A stretch of 60,052 nucleotides of DNA, filler included. It is 7 parts of 7 records of this genome, joined end to end, with 100 filler letters (N's around TTAATTAATTAA, not from the genome) between each part and the next. Parts side by side here need not be neighbours in the genome. Positions count along the whole stretch, not along the records: positions 1 to 14,799 come from SRR31147125_22834; 6 more parts are not named here. One strand, given 5' to 3'. The notes under the pieces were generated by a model. That model saw only the letters and a list, made by a program, of their open reading frames with translations. It was not told the DNA's origin and ran no database searches. The translations under genes and the position numbers were made by a program. Positions 1-8,997 of the stretch are shown here, piece after piece; the first letter of the stretch is position 1; each line of letters opens with the position of its first letter.

Positions 1-1459
1 TTTTGAAGTTCATTCTGTACTAGATTATCAATAAATGCATCGTAATCCAACTTCGACTGTTTATAGTAATCAAATAATCCTACATCCTTTTTCCATTCAT
101 TACTGTTTGGATAGACTAGGTACTTATAATCAATTGTTCCTAATGATATTGTAGGCTCGTCGCTTGAGTTATTAAAGGTATTATTAGCTATTACCCAGAG
201 TTTTGATGGCTTTAAAGCTGTTCCCTTTGTCTCGAATTCGGAATCTACAATTCTTAAAGGTTTTACAGTTGAGCCGATAGGAAGACGGTCCCCAGAGAAC
301 TTTATTTTTTCTATGTTTAGCGTATGAGGTCCCTCGTTATTTATCCATGGAATATCAGCTTCTTTATTCGGATTTGCTCCCTTTATTAATATTGAATTGT
401 TATTTCCTCTGATTATAATTCTATGAAGATGTCTAAATATATCAGGTTTAAGCGTTATCGGTTTTGTTAGTGTGATATTGTCAGATAATTCAATTTCCTT
501 ATTTATAACTACGGTATAGCCCTTTCTCTCGTATTCTCTGATTTTTTCATAACTATCAATATTGTCTTCTCCAGAGTTAACCCATGAATAACTTTTTTTA
601 GTCTGTTTTGCACAGTAGTTATCGTTGATAGGAATCCCAAGTTTCTTTTTGTCTAGCATTTTTACACATGAGCTATTTGTAGAATGTTCTTCTGAATTAC
701 TGCTTTCTGTAGCTTCATTTTGAAGAAGGGTTCTTGTTTTTTTCCGCCGATAAATTCAACTTTTATTGTTTCCCAAAATTTTCCATCTATATATTCAAGA
801 ACTCCGCATTTGTCCTCGCAACTCATTTCATTGCTTTGTCCTGTAGCTTCGCCATCGTGAATGTTTAGTAGAAACTGAGCTGGACGTCTTAACTTGAATC
901 CTGTAGCGCAGGTCCAGTCTTGGACCCAACCTGTATCTACATGAAGGGTTTTGCTTAGGACATCCTTATTGGTTTTAAATTTTTTATATTCTGAGGTGGG
1001 TTGCTTTAGTGCGTTAATTAGCTGCTCTTCACTCTCTATTTTGCATTCGGAGTATATACTTAATCCCTTAGCTTGCCTTTCATATGATTCTAGTTTTTTA
1101 TCAACACACTCTTCTTCAAAATTGGGCCAGTCATAAGAGCTTGCGCAGTTTGCTATTATGGCTGGTGCTGGGATTCCAAAGATGGCTGCAATTCCTGTCG
1201 CCGCTTCATTACCTTGTCTTCTAGATTTTTGTGTCTTACTAATTGAATTCTCTATTTTACAGAGGTTAAAATAGTCAGGGATTCCAAGAGGCCAGTTGTT
1301 AATCTCTTCTGGGAATTCAGTACCATCAAATTCATGATCAACGTAGTGTTTGCAGAGATTGTTAGGCATGTTTACATCGCCAGAGATGGCTTCTTGTCCA
1401 ACAAGATTTATAGATATTGAAATGATAAGGATTGTCAGTATTTTAACGGTTTTTTGCAT
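1..1459 (-). CDS. Secreted Cys-rich surface protein, paralog of 1606..5316; frameshifted at the T7 run 737-743 and truncated by the window edge
   Basis: ORF 662..1459 has a signal peptide and shares motifs with 1606..5316 (PLGxPDY, WPNF, DWTCxTGFxLRRPAxF, SNEMxC, CGxLEYxDGxxWE). Adding one A at 737-743 continues it in an open frame to base 1 (..GYTVVINKEIELSDNITLTKPITLKPDIFRHLH..TKGTALKP..), matching the paralog. Confidence 0.8.
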
Positions 1460-1471
1460 TGCCGATTATAA

Positions 1472-1487
1472 AGCAATAAATATGCCA
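1472..1487 (-). promoter_or_regulatory. Sigma54 (RpoN) -24/-12 promoter of the 1..1459 gene
   Basis: Minus strand TGGCATATTTATTGCT = GG-N10-GC, 13 nt before the ATG. Confidence 0.75.
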
Positions 1488-1511
1488 CCTGGTGGACAGA
1501 AAGTATAAAGA

Positions 1512-1524
1512 TATCAATCGTTTA
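1512..1524. promoter_or_regulatory. IHF-like site
   Basis: TATCAATCGTTTA fits WATCARNNNNTTR, 26 bp from the -24 GG. Confidence 0.55.
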
Positions 1525-1605
1525 CCTGAGGGGTGAGGTGGTTTTTGAGGCTTTCCGAGGTGTATGTGCCCCAAGTTGATGAAATTACTCCCAGAAATTC
1601 AAAAT

Positions 1606-4600
1606 TTAAGTCTTAATTCTCTTTCTATAGATTAGGGTGAGAGTAAGGAAGATTATCAGGAAGAGGGCTGGCGTTTTTTGTTTTTCGTTTGGATTGATCA
1701 AGGAACATCCGCCGCTTCCTGTTTTTGAATCTACTGTCTTCACTGTAGCGCCATTGTTGTTGTTATCTCCGGTTACATAGCCTCCAACAATAAAGTCATC
1801 TTCATTGCCGATATTGTTGCCAGTCTCTATGGGTAGCTCATTATTTTCTTCTTCATCTGAATCGTCCTCATCAGGGTCAATTTCTTGGCAGCCCCAAGAC
1901 TTAGCAATATAACCTTCAGGACACTCTTTCAGTTCGCATTTATGATATTCACATGAATAATTAGATCCTGGACAGTCGCTATCTATATCACATTCATCTA
2001 GTCTACACCCACTCCAATCATCCTTAGCGACTTTTCCATCTGGACAAGGTACGCAATCATTATCATCAATGTAATAAGCTGGATTGTTACAAGATGTTCT
2101 TATGCATTCGTGGTCTTCAATGCCCCAACCATTTTCAATGTTTCCACCGTTGTAGCACTCAAGATCAACACATTTGTATTGCGATGAATCCCATTCTTCA
2201 TAGAACTTGCAGTCATCATCCGAGTGAAATAGAGTTTTTTCTGTAGACGTTGTAGTGAATGAGTACTCGGCTTTTTCCTCGTCTGTGATTGTTGAACATG
2301 TTGCTTCTATAGAAATTGTTTTCTTAAAAGGGGTTTCGAAAATAGGTTTAACTTTAATTGAATGATAGTATTCCAGACATTCATTGCCGTCCGGTTTAAT
2401 ACAAGATTTTACTGTTCTATTTGCATCCCAGTTTTGACATGCATTTGTATACATGCATCGTCGGACTGTTTCACTTGGTTGCGACTCTTCAGTCTTACCA
2501 ACCAAGTCTCCAGTACAGCTTTTGTCTCCTGCTGAACAATATTTTTCAATGCATGGATTGTAATTGTCTGCGTAGTAATTCCACCAGTATGATTTTGTTG
2601 TTAAATTCTTGCCAGGTTCTATTTTATAATCTTTTTGATGCTTATAGAAATCTTTACAGGCGCTTGGTATAGTTGGGATGTATTGAAGTGAACAAGCCGT
2701 CTCAACTATGCAGATATGAGCTTGTTTTGCCTCATTAAAATTATCAAGGGCGCAGGTCTCTTTACAGAAGAATGAGTTGCTGTTTTCCGAAGGGCATTTA
2801 TATTTACATTTGTTTTCAAGGTCTTTGATCTTTTTTGGAGCTATATATGTATTACAATGAGTTTCCACAAGATTTTTTAAGTTCTCTCCCTCAAGAATAT
2901 TCAAAAAGCTCTTTCCCTCAAGAATATTCAAAAGTTCAGTAAAAGATTCTTTTTCTTTTTCAGAATCGTAATAGTGATGTTTAGCTTGCCACGCTTCTTC
3001 AGAAGTGTCTAAATCAAGTTTGGTAAACTCTGAAGGTGTTTCATGATTGGAGATAAAATGATAAAGTTTTTCTCTAGGATCTTCTAAAAGAGTTCCTTGA
3101 GTATCTGTTGTTGACGTTAAAGATCTTGCGTATAGAGGAGATTCGTTGAAGATTAGGTTGTCATAGAATATTGAAAAATATATATCTACAGTGTTCTTTC
3201 CGTCCTTGGATTCATCTATGGTAAAAAATTGTCCATCACAACTAACATCTACCAAGTTAGATTTGTTACATGCTGTTAGGACTTTTTTATAACCTAGAGA
3301 GTTTTCCCCGAAAAACTCGACTACCTTAGTTCTCTCATCAACGACTAACCTGATCTTGTTATGAGTAAGCCCACCTGTTGCTGTAATTGGTGTTCCTTGA
3401 GAAAGTAAAGCATCATGATATAAACCATCCTCACCTTGAATTTTAATATGTTTAGGCGCTATGAGTGGATTAAAAATCTTGTTTGCTGCAATTTGGTGAT
3501 TAGAATCTACAAGTGGTTTGAAGATAGTATCGGTTTCTATACTGATTGTCGTCTCTAGGTTATTATTGTTGCCAACTTGATAGGTGTTTCCAGTTATAGT
3601 GTTTCCTTTGCTATAGCCTGAAAAGGTAAGCAACTTGGAACCAACGGTGTTTTTAAAGGTATTGTTCGCTATGATATTATAGTCCTGAATAATGCCAGGG
3701 CCAGAAATGAAGTTTCGAACTATTCTTGCTGTATCTCTTAAATTATGAGATTTATATTTCTTCATAGCTGCGTTTCTTCTACACTCTCTTCTTTCATATG
3801 CCCCTACAATATCTTTGCACTCTGAATCTCCAACTGACGGGTCGTTAATAAGTTCTGATATGAAGTTATCAAAATCTTTCTGGGATTGATCTTGATATTG
3901 TGAAATCCCATTTGTTTGAAGCCAATTATCAAGAATTATACTGTTTATGCTTAAAGAAGTTTCGTTTATCCATGCAAGGGGGTCGTTTGTACCGAACTGT
4001 ATTGTTGGTCCTTCCGCCTCGATTTCAAATGTATTGCCAGTAAGTATCCACATTTTCCAGGGTTTGAAAGCTGTCCCCTTTGTTATAAAAGTTGAGTTTG
4101 TTATAATTAGTGGCGTTGTTTTAGATCCAAGTATGTGCTGAGAGCCCTTGAAGGTTATTCTATTAAACCAGAAATAATGAACCCCATTATTATATATCCA
4201 GGCTTGTTCTTTATCGATATTGATTTGGTCTCCAAGTTTAATAGTATGACCATTGCCATTAATCTTTGTTTTATGAAGATGTCTAAAGACGCTTGATTCT
4301 AATGTTAATGGTTTGTTTAGAGATATATCGTTCTTTAGATTAATTTCTTTATTGATGACAACCATATAACCTTCCATCTCCTTGGTTCTGATCTTGTGAA
4401 AGGTGTTGATATTTTCGGGGTCGTCATCTTTCATCCATGTGTAATTTAAACTTGTGCTTTTCTCACAGTCTAGTGGTGTCTTTTCTGTTTGAATTCCATA
4501 GGTTTCTCTTGATTTATAGAAGGCACACTTAGCATTTGAGGAGTAGGTGTTATCAACCTTTTCTTCTTTTTCAGCATGAATTAAAGTTTTGATCTTTTCC

Positions 4601-5316
4601 CCACCGTCTATAAATTTTACTTTAATTACTTCCCAATAACGGCCATCTTTGTATTCAAGAATCCCGCATCTTCCATTACATTCCATCTCGTTTGACTGTT
4701 TCTCCAAATCAACTTCACCGTTTGTTTTACCATAAATAAATCGTGCAGGTCTTCGTAATTCGAATCCAGTAGAACATGTCCAGTCAAGAGGCCACCCAAT
4801 GTTATATTTTAGTGTTTTGCTTTCCATGGGCTTTCTGTATTCTTTTTCACCAGATTTGTTGAATGGCTGTTCAACTGCTTTAAAAAATTCTTCTGAATTA
4901 GAAACTTCACAGGCTTTGTAAGCTGTTCTATTTTTCATGACATCTTTATAGGCTTTAGCCTTCTTGTCTTGGCAAGTCTTTGGAAAGTTCGGCCATTCAT
5001 ATGTTTTATTAGCATCACATGCAGCAAGTAACGGAGGTAAGGCCAGTATACCAGCTGCTGCAAGGCATGCTCTATGTGCATCTGCTTGTGCCTTGTCTAC
5101 TGATCTGTGAACCCAGCAATTATCTAAATAGTCGGGATAACCAAGTGGGAGTGATTCAAGTTCTTCAGGAGCAATATTACCACCACCGTAGTGGTTTGGA
5201 TCATTACCATCTTCATAATAAAATGCATTTAAAATAAATGAGAAGCTTTGTGATGAGGAAAAAATTATGAATAGGCATGCTATTGACATTGTTAATATTT
5301 TAAGAAATTTTCGCAT
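1606..5316 (-). CDS. Large secreted Cys-rich surface protein with probable beta-helix region and a MYXO-CTERM/GlyGly-like C-terminal anchor (1236 aa)
   Basis: N-terminal signal peptide; GNTF/NNTF/GNTI beta-helix-like repeats; dense Cys repeats; acidic linker; C-terminus GSGGCSL..PALFLIIFLTLTLIYRKRIKT. Confidence 0.75.
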   Translation of the reverse strand: MRKFLKILTMSIACLFIIFSSSQSFSFILNAFYYEDGNDPNHYGGGNIAPEELESLPLGYPDYLDNCWVHRSVDKAQADAHRACLAAAGILALPPLLAACDANKTYEWPNFPKTCQDKKAKAYKDVMKNRTAYKACEVSNSEEFFKAVEQPFNKSGEKEYRKPMESKTLKYNIGWPLDWTCSTGFELRRPARFIYGKTNGEVDLEKQSNEMECNGRCGILEYKDGRYWEVIKVKFIDGGEKIKTLIHAEKEEKVDNTYSSNAKCAFYKSRETYGIQTEKTPLDCEKSTSLNYTWMKDDDPENINTFHKIRTKEMEGYMVVINKEINLKNDISLNKPLTLESSVFRHLHKTKINGNGHTIKLGDQINIDKEQAWIYNNGVHYFWFNRITFKGSQHILGSKTTPLIITNSTFITKGTAFKPWKMWILTGNTFEIEAEGPTIQFGTNDPLAWINETSLSINSIILDNWLQTNGISQYQDQSQKDFDNFISELINDPSVGDSECKDIVGAYERRECRRNAAMKKYKSHNLRDTARIVRNFISGPGIIQDYNIIANNTFKNTVGSKLLTFSGYSKGNTITGNTYQVGNNNNLETTISIETDTIFKPLVDSNHQIAANKIFNPLIAPKHIKIQGEDGLYHDALLSQGTPITATGGLTHNKIRLVVDERTKVVEFFGENSLGYKKVLTACNKSNLVDVSCDGQFFTIDESKDGKNTVDIYFSIFYDNLIFNESPLYARSLTSTTDTQGTLLEDPREKLYHFISNHETPSEFTKLDLDTSEEAWQAKHHYYDSEKEKESFTELLNILEGKSFLNILEGENLKNLVETHCNTYIAPKKIKDLENKCKYKCPSENSNSFFCKETCALDNFNEAKQAHICIVETACSLQYIPTIPSACKDFYKHQKDYKIEPGKNLTTKSYWWNYYADNYNPCIEKYCSAGDKSCTGDLVGKTEESQPSETVRRCMYTNACQNWDANRTVKSCIKPDGNECLEYYHSIKVKPIFETPFKKTISIEATCSTITDEEKAEYSFTTTSTEKTLFHSDDDCKFYEEWDSSQYKCVDLECYNGGNIENGWGIEDHECIRTSCNNPAYYIDDNDCVPCPDGKVAKDDWSGCRLDECDIDSDCPGSNYSCEYHKCELKECPEGYIAKSWGCQEIDPDEDDSDEEENNELPIETGNNIGNEDDFIVGGYVTGDNNNNGATVKTVDSKTGSGGCSLINPNEKQKTPALFLIIFLTLTLIYRKRIKT
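2887..2933. repeat. In-frame tandem duplication with a 27-bp period (LNILEG twice)
   Basis: tccctcaagaatattcaaaa at 2887 and 2914. Confidence 0.85.
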
Positions 5317-5328
5317 TGCTAGCTATTG

Positions 5329-5344
5329 AGCAATAAACATGCCA
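5329..5344 (-). promoter_or_regulatory. Sigma54 -24/-12 promoter of the 1606..5316 gene
   Basis: Minus strand TGGCATGTTTATTGCT = GG-N10-GC, 13 nt before the ATG. Confidence 0.75.
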
Positions 5345-5368
5345 GATCTTAAACAAAATAACTAATAA

Positions 5369-5381
5369 AATCAGTATGTTA
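5369..5381. promoter_or_regulatory. IHF-like site
   Basis: AATCAGTATGTTA fits WATCARNNNNTTR, 26 bp from the -24 GG, the same spacing as at 1512. Confidence 0.55.
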
Positions 5382-5508
5382 TAGTTGGGTGTGTGTATAG
5401 ATTTTAAATATCTGAGGATTCTATACACCATTTTGCCCATAATATTCCTAAGATCAAAATTTTTGATTTCTTGAATAGTTATCTAAGTTGTAATATGAGC
5501 CTAGATCA

Positions 5509-6495
5509 ATGCTTCGAAAATCTATCATCATATTGATTTTATTAGCCATTCCTTATGCCTCTTTTGCAGGCGAAACCTTACACCTTGTAACATCCTTAGA
5601 TCCTATAGAAGCAGGCGAATATATAAAAGAGTTTGAAAAAGAAACAGGTATCGATGTCGAATGGATTCGCTTGTCTGCCGGTGAAGTAGTTGCAAGACTT
5701 AAGGCTGAAGGGAAAAACCAGACTCAGAGTGTCTGGTTTGGTGGGCCGATTCCAGAATATGTTGCAGCAAAAAATGCAGATCTTTTAAAGCCATATCAGC
5801 CCAAAGATGCAAAAAAAATTCCTTCAAAATGGAGAGATAAAAACGATTTTTATACTGGGATATATCTTGGTTCCATTGTTTTTATTTCCAATGAAAAATA
5901 CTTAGAGGATAACAATTTAAAAATGCCGGCAAGCTGGAACGATTTGCTAAAGAAAGAATGGAAGGGGCGTGTAACTATTGCGTACCCATACACTGCGGGG
6001 ACTGGCTTTACAATCTTAGCAGGGCTAATAACTTTGATGGGGGAAGATCAAGCGTATGAGTATTGGAAAAAACTAGATCCTTCAATCCACCACTATACAA
6101 AGTCTGGCGCTAGACCAATTATAGATGTTGGTTTGGGTGAATCTGCTGTTGGTGTTGTCTTTGCGCAGGATGCAATTAGAAAGGGTGTCTTTAGGGGGTT
6201 TCCTCTAAAAATATCTTATCCAAAAGAGGGAACGCCTTTTGAGGTAGGAGGAGTTGCTCTTCTTAATAATGCTCCGGAAGATAAAGAGGCTAAAATGTTT
6301 ATCGACTGGATAGTCTCGAAAAAAGGGCAGAATCAGTTTCATAAATGGGGAAGGGTGCCAATTAATCCAGATGCAAAACTTCCAGAAGACCTAAAAACTT
6401 TAAAAGATATAAAATTAGTAGAGATGGATATGATTAAGATGGGTGAAGAACGCTCAAAGTATGTTGAGCGCTGGCGTGAGGAGATGAAGCAGTGA
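5509..6495 (+). CDS. ABC transporter substrate-binding protein, Fe3+/AfuA-like family
   Basis: Signal peptide, FEKETGIDVEW, PxSWxDL and YPKEGT motifs; first gene of an SBP-permease-ATPase operon. Confidence 0.85.
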   Translation: MLRKSIIILILLAIPYASFAGETLHLVTSLDPIEAGEYIKEFEKETGIDVEWIRLSAGEVVARLKAEGKNQTQSVWFGGPIPEYVAAKNADLLKPYQPKDAKKIPSKWRDKNDFYTGIYLGSIVFISNEKYLEDNNLKMPASWNDLLKKEWKGRVTIAYPYTAGTGFTILAGLITLMGEDQAYEYWKKLDPSIHHYTKSGARPIIDVGLGESAVGVVFAQDAIRKGVFRGFPLKISYPKEGTPFEVGGVALLNNAPEDKEAKMFIDWIVSKKGQNQFHKWGRVPINPDAKLPEDLKTLKDIKLVEMDMIKMGEERSKYVERWREEMKQ

Positions 6496-8180
6496 TAAAG
6501 ATTTGGAATGGAGAATTGAAACGCCTCTTCAGAGAACCTCTGCTTCTCTTGGCAATTCTCTTTGTCTGCTATCTTCTCTTTGTCTTTATAATATTTCCTC
6601 TCTTTAAGGTAGTTGGGTCGTCATTAGTTTCAGATGGTCAATTCTCAATAAAGAACTATACAGAGTTTTGGACTACATCCTATTTGAGAGTTCCGTTTTA
6701 TAACAGTATTAAGCTAGGGCTCCTTGTTGCGTCGTTTGGAACTTTTATAGGTTTTATCATGGCCTATGGAATTACCAAGGGAGCTGTTCCTTTTAAGAAG
6801 GTCTATTCAACTCTTGCAACTGTTCCGATTGTTACGCCGCCATTTATTGTGGCGCTGGCCTCAATATTGATTTTTGGGAACAACGGCTACTTAACACGCT
6901 TGTTATTTGGCGGAGAGCCGCTCTTTTCGATTTATGGATTGCCTGGCCTTGTTGTTGTTGAAACGCTAGCCTATTTCCCAACAGCTTTTTTAGTTTTAAG
7001 AGGAACATTAGAGGCTGTTTCAGCTTCTTTTGAAGAAGCTTCGCTCAACCTTGGGGCTTCTAGAATTAGCACTTTCTGGCGCGTTACTTTGCCACTTGCT
7101 ATTCCCGGTATCGCATCTTCATTTCTGTTGCTCTTTATTGAATCTTTGGCTGATTTTGGAAATCCATTGATCCTCTCGGGACGCTTTCCAGTCCTCTCTG
7201 TTCAGGCATACCTGCATATAACTGCCCTTTACGATATTGGTGGAGGTACAACGCTTGCGATTATGTTGCTCCTGCCTTCAATGATTGCATATACGGTTCA
7301 GAAACGTCTCTTGAGCAGTAAATCGTATGTAACTGTTTCAGGAAAGAGTGGCCATGTCTCAGAGATTCGTCATCATCCTATGGCAAAAGTCATCTGGATT
7401 GCTGTTGTATCCTTTGTCTGCGCGATTGTGTTACTCTTTTATCTCTCTATCTTTGTTGGGGCTTTTGTGAAGCTCTGGGGTATTGATTATACATTTACTC
7501 TCGAAAATTTTACGAAGGTTTTATCGCTTGGAAAAGAGTATATCTACGATTCTCTGATTTTGGCTTCAATCTCAATGCCTATAACCGGCTTGCTGGGTCT
7601 CTATTTGGCATATTTGACGACCAGAAAGCGTTTCCCTGGCAGAAAGGTTGTCTCTTTTGTGAGCCTTCTTGCCTTTGCTGTTCCTGGAACTGTTATCGGT
7701 ATTGGATATGTCTTGGCGTTTAATCAGCCTCATTCTTTTTTCCCAGTAGCTATTCAAGGTTCAGCCTGGATAATTCTATTTCTTTTTGTCTTTAGAAATA
7801 TGCCTGTCGGTATGCAGGCAGGACAAGCGGGTCTTGCCCAAATTGATGTTACGATTGAAGAAGCTGCAAGAACTTTGGGTGCGGGAAGTTTTACAACCTT
7901 CTATAGGATTGTTTTGCCACTTTTGGCTCCGGCTTTTTTCTCAGGATTAATTACAAGTTTTGTGCGTGCGATGACTCAGATTAGTGCGGTAATTTTTGTT
8001 GTTTCAGGTAAATGGAATCTCCTTACAGTTTTTATATTGGGTCTAGTTGAAAACGGTGAAATATCCATGGCAGCAGCTATTAGTGTGATATTGGTTCTTA
8101 TTATTTTACTAGCCTTGTTAATTTTAAAATTAGTTGTTCATCGCCTATCAACCAAACAGCTAACAAAAGCTGCATGGTAG
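6492..8180 (+). CDS. ABC transporter permease, FbpB/AfuB-type with duplicated domain
   Basis: Two EAA loops (EEASLNLGA, EEAARTLGA), many TM helices, overlaps the SBP stop. Confidence 0.9.
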   Translation: MIKIWNGELKRLFREPLLLLAILFVCYLLFVFIIFPLFKVVGSSLVSDGQFSIKNYTEFWTTSYLRVPFYNSIKLGLLVASFGTFIGFIMAYGITKGAVPFKKVYSTLATVPIVTPPFIVALASILIFGNNGYLTRLLFGGEPLFSIYGLPGLVVVETLAYFPTAFLVLRGTLEAVSASFEEASLNLGASRISTFWRVTLPLAIPGIASSFLLLFIESLADFGNPLILSGRFPVLSVQAYLHITALYDIGGGTTLAIMLLLPSMIAYTVQKRLLSSKSYVTVSGKSGHVSEIRHHPMAKVIWIAVVSFVCAIVLLFYLSIFVGAFVKLWGIDYTFTLENFTKVLSLGKEYIYDSLILASISMPITGLLGLYLAYLTTRKRFPGRKVVSFVSLLAFAVPGTVIGIGYVLAFNQPHSFFPVAIQGSAWIILFLFVFRNMPVGMQAGQAGLAQIDVTIEEAARTLGAGSFTTFYRIVLPLLAPAFFSGLITSFVRAMTQISAVIFVVSGKWNLLTVFILGLVENGEISMAAAISVILVLIILLALLILKLVVHRLSTKQLTKAAW

Positions 8181-8192
8181 GAAGGGAAGATT

Positions 8193-8870
8193 ATGACATA
8201 TATTGAAATATCTCATTTAACCAAGAAGTTCGAGGGAAAGAAGGGTGAGTCTGCAATAGCTGTTGATGATTTTTCTATGACGGTTGAAAAGGGGCAGTTT
8301 GTTACACTGCTTGGGTCATCAGGTTGCGGAAAAACAACGGTCTTGAGAATGATTGCGGGCCTTGAGCATCCAACGAACGGAGAGATTTTTATAGATAGTG
8401 ATAATGTCACCAATATACCACCTAATAAGAGAGAGACGGCAATGGTCTTTCAACACTATGCGCTTTTCCCACATATGGACGTCTTTCATAATGTTGCTTT
8501 TGGTTTGAAGTTTAAAAAGGGGTTAAAGAAAAATGAAATTGTAGGTAAGGTTAAACTCTTTCTAGAGATGGTTGGGTTGGAGGATTTCGCAAAGCGTATG
8601 CCGTCGCAGCTTTCTGGAGGTCAGCAGCAAAGGGTGGCTTTGGCCAGAGCTTTGGTGACAGAACCGAAAGTATTGCTTTTTGATGAGCCTTTATCTAATT
8701 TGGATACTGACTTAAGGATTCAGATGAGAGAAGAGATAAAAATGTTGCACCAGAAAATTCACTCTACGTCTATATATGTGACCCACGATAATGATGAGGC
8801 GAATGCCTTGGCTGATAGAGTGATAGTTATGAAGCATGGAAAGATAGATAGAGATTTTGTGCCAGAATGA
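8193..8870 (+). CDS. ABC transporter ATP-binding protein, FbpC/PotA-like, short form without a TOBE tail
   Basis: GSSGCGKT, LSGGQQQR, LLFDEPLSNLD, VTHD. Confidence 0.9.
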   Translation: MTYIEISHLTKKFEGKKGESAIAVDDFSMTVEKGQFVTLLGSSGCGKTTVLRMIAGLEHPTNGEIFIDSDNVTNIPPNKRETAMVFQHYALFPHMDVFHNVAFGLKFKKGLKKNEIVGKVKLFLEMVGLEDFAKRMPSQLSGGQQQRVALARALVTEPKVLLFDEPLSNLDTDLRIQMREEIKMLHQKIHSTSIYVTHDNDEANALADRVIVMKHGKIDRDFVPE

Positions 8871-8897
8871 CAGGTCGATAAGAGAGAATAATTGTTA

Positions 8898-8980
8898 GTC
8901 ATTGCGAGGAACGAAGTGACGCGGCAATCCAGAGAAATAGTTAGTGCGGGATTGCCTCACTCTAAAGAGTTCGCAATGAC
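8898..8980. repeat. REP-like palindromic element (GTCATTGCGA...TCGCAATGAC)
   Basis: 10-bp terminal inverted repeat with an internal GGCAATCC/GGATTGCC pair; intergenic. Confidence 0.8.
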
Positions 8981-8997
8981 AATAAATGGGAGGAAGA

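Noticed and set aside
2887-2933. 27-bp duplication as a diversity-generating signal
   Set aside because: A single in-frame duplication with no reverse transcriptase or template/variable repeat pair.
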